From: Eledone cirrhosa
Taxonomy: Eukaryota
NCBI GenBank assembly: GCA_964016885.1
Contig: OZ024747.1
Coordinates: 27,466,001-27,530,000 of the forward strand
Reading direction: 5' to 3'
DNA: 64,000 nt
Shown here: piece after piece, positions 54,025 through 64,000 of the stretch
How positions within the stretch are numbered: position 1 is the stretch's first letter
Layout: each line of letters begins with the position of its first letter
The notes under the pieces: generated by a model
What the model saw: only the letters and a program-made list of their open reading frames with translations
Database searches by the model: none
What the model was told of the DNA's origin: nothing
Made by a program: the position numbers and the translations under genes

Positions 54025-57000
54025 AAATGACTAACTTTGTAGAAAAAAGAGGGTGGAAAGTGGGTGGAAATACCATTCACAAAGCTTGTCATTTTTTATT
54101 GCAGTGAAAGTCATATTTGTTGTTCATATGGTAATGGAGGCACATGGCTTAGTGGTTAGAGCATTGGCCTTGCAATCGAAAGGTTGTGAGTTCAATTCTC
54201 AGACCAGGTGGTGTGTTGTTTCCTTGAGCAAGACACTTTATTTCACATTGCTCCAGTTTACTCAGCTGTAGAAATGAGATGATAGGGACTGGGGTCCCTA
54301 TCATTCCACTGCAAAGTGGTCGTGTAGGTGCCACGGCAAAAACCACCAAGCACTCACTGTAAATGAGGTTGGTGTTAGGAAGGGCATCCAGCTGTAGAAA
54401 TCAAGCCAGAATCAGTTCCCGTTCCACCCTTGCAAGCAGGGAAAAGTGGACGTAAAATGATGATGATGATGGTAAAAGCATAGTCGGCTGTGAGCATGTT
54501 GGCGGTTGGAAAACCATACCACATTAAACTACATCAAACTACACCATACCAATCTACACCATACTACATCACACCATGCTATTAATCTCAGTGAGAACAT
54601 TTTTCTTCCTGTTTTTTTTTTTTCTGTGTGTGTGTGCTTACCACCCAATCTGATATCAAAGGTGCTCACAAATGACTATTCTTTTACACATTATCAATGT
54701 ATATAACATGGAAACCTATCATTTGCAATAGGTTCCCATGTCATAACTACAACAATCCAAACCACACCATAACAAACTACACCATTCTACATCACACCAT
54801 GCTTTTGATCTCAGTGTGAAAAATTTTCTTCCTGTTTCTTTTTTTTTTTTTGTGTGTGTTCTTACCACCCAATCTGGCATCAAAGGTGCTGCAATTGACT
54901 ATTTTTCGCACATATTATCAATAATTATGACATGGAAAACTGTCGAAAATGACTAGCTTTGTAGAAAAAAGAGGGAGGATGTGGGTGGAAATACCATTTA
55001 CAAAGCTAGTCATTTTTTATTGCAGCGGAAGTCATATTTTTTGTTAATATGCTAAAAGCATAGTCCACTGCGAGCATCTTGGAAGTTGTATTAGTTAATA
55101 GCACATGCAAAAGTGAAGGAAAAAATGTTTTTATTACATAAATCAAAGTGGAAATTTAATTCCTTACTTATAACAAAGCACACCACACCACATTAATCTA
55201 CCCCAAACCACACCATATCAAACAGCACCATATTATGGTAAATTTATTACAGAACACCTACTCCTACCATTTACATCACACCGTGGTAAACAATTCAATG
55301 TCACAAATTTGCTACCTGCTTTTTTTTTTTGTTTGTGGTTACCACCCAAACTAACATCAAAGGTGCTTTCAAATGACTATTTTCCCACATTATCAATGAA
55401 TATAACATGGGAATCTATCGTTTAGAATTGGTTTCCATTTCATAACTTCACCAAACCAGACCACACCATACCAAGTTACACCATACTACATCACACCAAG
55501 CTATTGATCTTGGTGTGAAACATTTTCTTCCCGTTTCCTTTTTTTTTTTTGTGTGTGCTTACCACCCAATCTGACATTAAAGGTGCTCCCAATTGACTAT
55601 TTATTTTCCACTTATCAATAATTATGACATGGAAACCTGTCGAAAATGACTATCTTTGTAGAAACTTCACCATACCACGCCATACTACATCACACCAAGC
55701 TATTGATTTTGATATGACAAATTTTTATCTGGCATTTTTTTTTTTTTTTTTTTTGTGCTTACCACCCAATTTGACATAAATGGTGCTCGCAAATTACTAT
55801 TTTATGCGCATATTATCAATGGTTATGACATGGAAACCTGATGAAAATGACTAGCTTTGTAGAAAAAAGAGGGTGGAAAGTGGGTGGAAATACCATTCAC
55901 AAAGCTTGTCATTTTTTATTGCAGTGAAAGTCATATTTGTTGTTAATATGGTAATGGAGGCACATGGCTTAGTGGTTAGAGCATTGGCCTTGCAATCGAA
56001 AGGTTGTGAGTTCAATTCTCAGACCAGGTGGTGTGTTGTTTCCTTGAGCAAGACACTTTATTTCACATTGCTCCAGTTTACTCAGCTGTAGAAATGAGAT
56101 GATAGGGACTGGGGTCCCTATCATTCCACTGCAAAGTGGTCGTGTAGGTGCCACGGCAAAAACCACCAAGCACTCACTGTAAATGAGGTTGGTGTTAGGA
56201 AGGGCATCCAGCTGTAGAAATCAAGCCAGAATCAGTTCCCGTTCCACCCTTGCAAGCAGGGAAAAGTGGACGTAAAATGATGATGATGATGGTAAAAGCA
56301 TAGTCGGCTGTGAGCATGTTGGCGGTTGGAAAACCATACCACATTAAACTACATCAAACTACACCATACCAATCTACACCATACTACATCACACCATGCT
56401 ATTAATCTCAGTGAGAACATTTTTCTTCCTGTTTTTTTTTTTCTGTGTGTGTGTGCTTACCACCCAATCTGATATCAAAGGTGCTCACAAATGACTATTC
56501 TTTTACACATTATCAATGTATATAACATGGAAACCTATCATTTGCAATAGGTTCCCATGTCATAACTACAACAATCCAAACCACACCATAACAAACTACA
56601 CCATTCTACATCACACCATGCTTTTGATCTCAGTGTGAAAAATTTTCTTCCTGTTTCTTTTATTTTTTTGTGTGTGTTCTTACCACCCAATCTGGCATCA
56701 AAGGTGCTGCAATTGACTATTTTTCGCACATATTATCAATAATTATGACATGGAAAACTGTCGAAAATGACTAGCTTTGTAGAAAAAAGAGGGAGGATGT
56801 GGGTGGAAATACCATTTACAAAGCTAGTCATTTTTTATTGCAGCGGAAGTCATATTTTTTGTTAATATGCTAAAAGCATAGTCCACTGCGAGCATCTTGG
56901 AAGTTGTATTAGTTAATAGCACATGCAAAAGTGAAGGAAAAAATGTTTTTATTACATAAATCAAAGTGGAAATTTAATTCCTTACTTATAACAAAGCACA

Positions 57001-57680
57001 CCACACCACATTAATCTACCCCAAACCACACCATATCAAACAGCACCATATTATGGTAAATTTATTACAGAACACATACTCCTACCATTTACATCACACC
57101 GTGGTAAACAATTCAATGTCACAAATTTGCTACCTGCTTTTTTTTTTGTTTGTGGTTACCACCCAAACTAACATCAAAGGTGCTTTCAAATGACTATTTT
57201 CCCACATTATCAATGAATATAACATGGGAATCTATCGTTTAGAATTGGTTTCCATTTCATAACTTCACCAAACCAGACCACACCATACCAAGTTACACCA
57301 TACTACATCACACCAAGCTATTGATCTTGGTGTGAAACATTTTCTTCCCGTTTCCTTTTTTTTTTTTGTGTGTGCTTACCACCCAATCTGACATTAAAGG
57401 TGCTCCCAATTGACTATTTTTTTTTCCACTTATCAATAATTATGACATGGAAACCTGTCGAAAATGACTATCTTTGTAGAAACTTCACCAAACCACACCA
57501 TACTACATCACACCAAGCTATTGATTTTGGTGTGGCAAATTTTCATCTGGCATTTTTTTTTTTTTTTTTTTTTTTTTGTGCTTACCACCAAATTTGACAT
57601 AAAAGGTGCTCGCAAATTACTATTTTATGCGCATATTATCAATGGTTATGACATGGAAACCTGATGAAAATGACTAGCTT
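54025..57680 (+). repeat. Recent ~1.82-kb tandem duplication built from ~200-bp subrepeats and a SINE
   Basis: Near-identical ORF calls at 54053 and 55873 (offset 1820); the copies differ mainly in homopolymer lengths. Confidence 0.93.
54135..54471 (+). mobile_element. tRNA-derived SINE, family B, with (GAT)n tail
   Basis: A box TGGCTTAGTGG, B box GTTCAATTC and tail GGAAGGGCATCCAGCTGTAGAAA..GGACGTAAAATGATGATG. Copies at 55955-56291, 58898-59255 and 59680-60060 (-), with tails at 20790-21000 and 32700-32890. Confidence 0.85.
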
Positions 57681-58245
57681 CTTGAAAGTTGATAGCACAT
57701 GCAAAAATGAAGGAAAAAATTTTTTTCTAACATAAATCAAAGTGGAAATTTAAATCCTCACTTATAACAAAGCACACCACAGCACATTAATCTATCCCAA
57801 TCCACACCATATACTTCACCATAACCATACTTCACTATATGGTAAATTTATTACAGAACACCTACTCCTACCATTTACATCACACCAATGCTCGCAGTTG
57901 ACTATTTTTTTCACATATTATGAATGAATATAACTTTGAAACCTATCGTCAATGATTAGCTTTGTAGAAAAATGAAGGCAGAAAGTGGGTGGAAAAACCA
58001 TTCACAAAGCTAGTCATTTTTAATTGCAGTGGAAATCATATTTGTTGTTAATATGCTAAAAAAATAGTCAATTGCAAGCATTTTGGAGGTCGGATTAGTT
58101 GATAGGACATAAAAAAACAAAGGAAAACAAATATTGTCTATATGTTCCTGTGGAAAGTCAGGTCTTCTGTATTACTGTGTGACGCCAGAGGTCATGGTCG
58201 TGTATCATTGCCCTTGAGAGGTGCAATTGGGAAAGGTCGGCTTAG

Positions 58246-58818
58246 AAATATTTACTTCTGCGTTCACAGATTGATTTTTTTTAGTTTCAGAAGATCCCAT
58301 TAAGGGTGAAAGCAGCCGATTCTTTGCTTAAACTTTAATCTGTTATTTTAATAAATATTTGCTCTACGGTTCTTATATATTTGATATATATTTATCCTTA
58401 TCGAGCCCTCTTTGGATGTTAGTCTTCAAATTTATTATTATTATTACTATTTGGCTCTCTTGATTGAGTACTCTATTGACTTATATTCATCATGCAGAAA
58501 CATCTGAATATTTCTACAAAGAACATACCCGTACCAAGCAGGAAGAAATACCTAAAACTACGTCTCCACGAACCAAAGTATCGCCTTCCTGTTTTCCTTC
58601 GGTTGCAACGTTTTTCAAAATATTTACTTCTGCGTTCACAGATTGATTTTTTTTTTAGTTTCAGACGATCCCATTAAGGGTGAAAGCAGCCGATTCTTTG
58701 CTTAAACTTTAATCTGTTATTTTAATAAATATTTGCTCTACGGTTCTTATATAATTGATATATATTTATCCCTATTGAGCCCTCTTTGGATTTTAGACTT
58801 CATATGTCTTATTATTAC

Positions 58819-58820
<2 letters not shown>
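58246..58820 (+). mobile_element. Direct ~200-bp repeats with a hammerhead-like fold (Penelope-like tandem pLTR)
   Basis: 58246-58450 is repeated at 58618-58820. Each copy has AGTTT-CAGANGA-TCCCATTAAGGGT-GAAA-GCAG..TTGC-TT-AAACT. Confidence 0.6.
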
Positions 58821-58851
<31 letters not shown>

Positions 58852-59255
58852 ATTAGTTTATATATATGTGTGTGTATATATATACATACATATTGAGAGC
58901 ATTGGCCTTGCAATCGAAAGGTTGTGAGTTCAATTCTCACACCGGGTGATGTGTTGTTTCCTTGAGCAAGACACTTTATTTCACATTGCTCCAGTTTACT
59001 CAGCTGTAGAAATGAGATGATAGGACTGGGGTCCCTATCATTCCACTGCAAAGTGTTCGTGGAGGTGCCACGGCAAAAAAAGCACCCAGCCCACACTGTA
59101 AAGTGGATGTGGAGGTGCCACGGGAAAAAAGCACCCAGCACTCACTGTAAATGAGGTTGGTGTTAGGAAGGGCATCCAGCTGTAGAAATCAAGCCAGAAT
59201 CAGTTCCCGTCCCACCCTTGCAAGCAGGGAAAAAGTGGACGTAAAATGAAATGAT

Positions 59256-59620
59256 GAATGCTCCCAGCTGTGGTCACCCCCATAGTATCAAACTAACCAT
59301 GGAGCTTGAAGCAATCCAATGAAGCTACACCAAGAAGGTTGCCACGATGGAGATAAACTACTGAGAGAGTCTAAAAGAACTGAAACTCTACTCCTCGGAA
59401 TGAAGATGGGAGAGATATGCAATGATATACATATGGAAAATCCTGGGGGGACTAAGACCAAACTTTCGCATTGAGAGCTGGACCAATTTTCGAACAGGAC
59501 GTCACTGTGTGGTACCAAAGTCTAGAATGGTACGTCACTGTGTGGTACCAACATCTAGAATCAGGAGCAACTATTGCAATAGCCTGGGTTTCAAAGGCCC
59601 TCAACTTGGTTTTCAAAATT
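59256..59620 (+). mobile_element. CR1-group LINE fragment
   Basis: IYIWKIL and YCNSLGFKGPQL peptides; homologous to 62440-62990. Confidence 0.75.
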
Positions 59621-60439
59621 TAAATTTGTGTTTCCTATTCATCAATGCTTCAAGCAAGCTATAAAACTCTGTTATATTTCATCATCATCATTTTATATCA
59701 GTTCTTCTACGCTAGCATGGGTTGTCCTGTTCTGGGCAGTGTCCAGTCGACTGACCTTGTCTTGCTCATATGGGAACTGATTCTGTCTTGATTTCTACAT
59801 CTGGATGCCCTTCCTAACACCAACCTCATTTACAGTGAGTGCTGGGTGATTTTTTTTTTTTTGCCGTGGCACCTCCACGACCACTTTGCAGTGGAATGAC
59901 CCTAGTCCTATCATCTCATTTCTACAGCTGAGTAAACTGGAGCAATGTGAAATAAAGTGTCTTGCTCAAGGAAACAACACATCACCCGGTCCGAGAATTA
60001 AACTCACAACCTTTCAATTGCAAGCCCAATGCTCTAACCACTGAGCCATGTGCCTTCTATTGTTGGCAATGTTAGATCAGGTGACCATGTCTTGCTCATA
60101 AAGAACTGATTTTGGCTTGGTTTCTAGAGCTGGATCCCCTTCCTAATGCCAAGCTCATTTACAGTGAGTACTGGGTGTTTTTTGTTGTGATTCCTCCAAG
60201 ACTACTTTACAGTGTGGACTGGGTGTCTTTTACCGTGTCACCATCACGACCACTTTACAGTGTTTTGGCCTGTTCTCATGAAAGATATATTGGCGGGTGG
60301 GATGGAGTGGTGCATACTGTATGGATGTTTCAGCCTTGGCCTTACCCCGTGGGAAGTTGGGGTTTCTGTATTACCTTATAACGCCAGAGATCTTGGTCCT
60401 GTGTCATTGCCTTTCAGAGGTGCAATTGGGCAAGGTTGG

Positions 60440-61040
60440 CTTTTATCACTTCATCTCAAGTCTTTCTGGGACTTTATGTAGCTGTCATCCTTCATACGAA
60501 TCACATGTCCATACCAACATAATCTCCTCTCCTGCACACATTTGATTCCTCTTATGCCTAGTTTCTCTTTCAGTTTGTTTATGCTTTGCTGTTTGGGTAT
60601 ATTACTATTACACATCCATCAGAGCATACAAGCTTCATTCCTTTCTAATCTACGCAAGTCTTCTACACACAGCACCCAGCTCTCATTACCATGCAACATT
60701 GCCGTTCATATGCACACATCATACAGTCTACCTTTTATTCTGAGGGAAAAGCCTTTTGTATCCAGCTGTGGCAGTAGCTCCCTCAACTTCTTCCATCCCG
60801 TTCTTTCAGAACCCCCCCCCCCCCCCGCTGCTAATTCGGTATTGTTTTTACCAAGTCCTCCCAGACTTTGATGTCACTTGTTTTCAGTGATTGTTTGCTG
60901 CTTACTGTCCTGGTGCAACTGCTACATGTAAAGCCTACATTTTTAACTAAACTTCCTGAGATCCCACTACATCTCTTGTGTACCCATAGTTTGCATATGG
61001 AGCAGAGGATGGAGTTTCTACCCACACCTCTCCTACATAA
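60440..61040 (-). mobile_element. RTE-clade LINE remnant with Cys-rich finger
   Basis: CRRGVGRNSILCSICKLWVHKRCSGI..FTCSSC, followed by RTE C-terminal sequence. Confidence 0.65.
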
Positions 61041-61089
61041 TGAGCACACACACACACATATATATACACACACTCACATATATATATAT

Positions 61090-61917
61090 ACTAGCCGAAT
61101 TACTGCGTTTCACACATTTTTTTTGTAAGAAAATGATGATTGATTTTAAATCAGTGATATAATTTATGGAGAAAAACTCAATATTACTCAATGTAAAATA
61201 TAATGCATGAAAAATTGGAAAACATCATTATTTGTAATATATCAAATCAAAATTGCATTATTAAATCTTATTCTTATTTTGTTTCTTGTAAATAATTTTT
61301 TTCAAAATATCAATTGAAAACTTTTGTGAATAGGCATCATATCTTGTCATTTACCTATGGTTTAAGTTTCATATAAATCGAAAGGGAAAAGTTTTCAGCG
61401 GGGGTTTGTACCCCCGGGGAACCCTAATAGGGGGTTTAACCACCATTAAGGTGTCTTATAGTATTGAAATTTTGTGAATAGGGATCATATCTCTTCATTT
61501 ATCTATGGTTTAAATTGCATATAAATCGAACCGAAAAAACTTTCAGCGGGGATTTTGTGCCCCCTGGTGAACCCTAATAGGGGGTTTAACCCCCATTAGG
61601 GTATTGTAATTTTATTGAAATTTGCTGAAATTTTGTCAATAGGCATCATATCTTGTCATTTACCTATGGTTTAAATTTCATATAAATCGAAGGTTAAGTT
61701 TCAGCGGCGGTTTTGTGCCCCCGATGAACCCTTTGATTAAAATGAAATATACTTATACAAGTACCCTGGGCAATGTAGTTTCAGAATATATATGGTTATG
61801 GGGGTCTATCTCCAAAACCATAGGAGGAGTTCGTAAAATCTTGTTCCATTTATTGGCCAAACTTTTCACTATAGGGCGTTTAACCCCATTAGGGTGTCTT
61901 AATATTATTGAAATTTG

Positions 61918-61920
<3 letters not shown>
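61090..61920 (-). mobile_element. Non-autonomous Helitron-like element with three internal ~150-160-bp repeats
   Basis: ACTAG terminus at 61090; repeats starting TTTTGT.AATAGG at ~61322, 61470 and 61631; a microsatellite at the other end. Confidence 0.5.
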
Positions 61921-61951
<31 letters not shown>

Positions 61952-62024
61952 GACACAAACACACACACACATATATATATATATATACACAAACACACAC
62001 ACACATATATATATATATACACAA

Positions 62025-62071
<47 letters not shown>

Positions 62072-62439
62072 AACACACACACACATATATATACACACAC
62101 ATACACAAACACACACACACACATTTATATCTTTTAGCAGAACATTTTAATATTGCCACTCAATGAAAACCCTTTGTTTGTTTGGAATAAATGAATCTTG
62201 AAAATTAGGAGTGTCTGTCAGTGTGTATGTGTTTGTCTACTTAGCATCAATTTACTACCCTCCCCTACCACCAGAAAATGTATAAATACCACCATATTAC
62301 ATTGACAGTCGGCTTTTCTGATGATTTCCTCCGAATGAAACAGTTCTAGTCCTGTTGAAGCCATTTCTATATTAAATATATATATATACTCTTTTAGCTG
62401 TTCCAGCCATCCGGCTGAGACCATGATTGGGTACTGCCC

Positions 62440-62990
62440 TTGTTGCTACACATTCTATCTCCAGCCTGTGTTGGCTGGCCATTGATGTAAGAGGGAGTTC
62501 GTTGCTGCTGCCCTTAGGTTACCTTCGTACCGTGATGTGGGCTCGTCCGGGATCCTGGATAACAGGGTGTCGAGAAGTTTCTTGAAAATATCCACGGCCT
62601 CACCATGTAGATCTCTCAAATCCCTCGGCAGTTTGTTGAAGAGTTGAGGGCCTTTGAACCCCAGTCTATTGCAATATCTGCTTTTTGTTCTAGATGTGGA
62701 AGACGGGACCTTTGTCACCACACAGTTTGGCGCTAGTCCCTCCAGGATTTTCCATATGTATATCACTGCGTATCTCTCCCGTCTTCGTTCCAAGGAGTAG
62801 AGTTTCAGTTCTTTTAGCCTCTCCCAGTAGCTCATCTCCTTCATCGTGCAATCCTCTTAGTGTAGCTTCGTTGGATTGTCTCAAGTTCCGTGGTTAGTTT
62901 GATACTATGGGGGTGACCACAGCTGGGAGCAATAGTCCAGGCAGCTTAGGACAAATGGCCTTCATAGTATCAACATGGTCTCCCGGTCTC
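62440..62990 (-). mobile_element. CR1-group LINE 3' fragment
   Basis: MSYWERLKELKLYSLERRRERYAVIYIWKILEGL..GPQLFNKLP..FKKLLDTLL..IPDEP. Confidence 0.85.
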
Positions 62991-63133
62991 TTATATAGAA
63001 AACCTCAAATAAAAAGTCAAGATTTGTTTCGATTTAACAGAGCAGAAAGAATTCGCGTCAGAATATTCCAACCAATCCAGCCTATATCAGCTGAATAAAT
63101 ATGTATATGGAGATATATATACACACCCACATG

Positions 63134-63201
<68 letters not shown>

Positions 63202-63713
63202 CACGCACACACACATATATATATACACACACACACACACACTCAAACACACACACATACATACACGCATGCATGTATACATGATGGCTGCCCCCTCGTT
63301 ATCGAGTATGGCCATTGCACGATATACCATTATTAATAATTATTAATTAATTCTATCGTGTAATGCCTGTGCATGAAGATATTTTTTTAAATGAGGAAAG
63401 ACTGTGCACTGAGCCAATCCCACTCTCTGAGCGACAGTAGCTATAACCCGAAAAGAAGAAAATATCAACATCATCGGTAACTACTGAGCCGCAGATTTTA
63501 TATCGGAGTTATCCCAGTTTCCTGAGTTGCCTTCTCCTAGAAGAATGCCCTGACAAAGGCTAGGGGTCCTTCACTCTCAGTGGTTTAACCGCGCGATCGG
63601 GTGTCCAGCCCGATTATTTCTATGTCCCCGCGCATGTACATACACATGCACCCATGTATATACACATATACATATACATACATATGTACATGTGTATATA
63701 CATATTTACACAC

Positions 63714-64000
63714 TTTTGGATGGCCGTTGACTCTTATGAGATCTTCCGCCCTTTGTCAGGTTTTGTTTTTTGTCCTGCAGGGTGTCCAAAATCACCCTCC
63801 TCACCAAGTAAACTTGGTGGGGTTGCCGGTTTTGTCGCCGACGACCCGACCATGCGACAGGTTCCACGTGACTGCACCACCTCAACCGATACCGAAAGAT
63901 TATGCTCTCTATAGTCACGCACCTGCTCCGTTCTAGAACTTCCAAATCACTGGCGAACATTTTCCACCACACCCCAAGTAACTTATGAAGAGATTGTTGG
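63714..64000 (-). mobile_element. RTE-clade LINE fragment
   Basis: IESIIFRYRLRWCSHV (RTE RLRW.GHV motif) joined to the repeat shared with 38830-38970. Confidence 0.6.

Noticed and set aside
54135-54215. tRNA gene
   Set aside because: A and B boxes are present but there is no full cloverleaf; it continues into a SINE body and tail with several copies in the window.

Overview
AT-rich, repeat-dense animal genomic DNA. The SINE/RTE tails and microsatellite style suggest a cephalopod (octopus-like), which is an inference. From left to right: a deleted CR1-group LINE (1-1677) and a ~15.2-kb array of a 26-bp satellite with a four-state variable position and kb-scale internal duplications. Next come remnants of Penelope-like elements with minimal hammerhead ribozymes, plus mariner, Chapaev3-like, Tx1, RTE, CR1, Helitron-like, piggyBac-MITE and SINE remnants. 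Host-gene signals are a signal-peptide first exon (25239-25403, -), an intact intronless VRK-family kinase ORF (34612-35853, -) with a ~160-bp hairpin in a probable bidirectional promoter, and triplicated acidic exon-like modules. A full-length but disabled Ty3/Gypsy element (46960-51751) sits inside a hexamer low-complexity tract, followed by a 1.82-kb tandem duplication. There is no CRISPR or prokaryotic system. The least explained signals are the set of hammerhead motifs (including a CAGA-core variant), the VRK ORF with its hairpin promoter, and the structured satellite.
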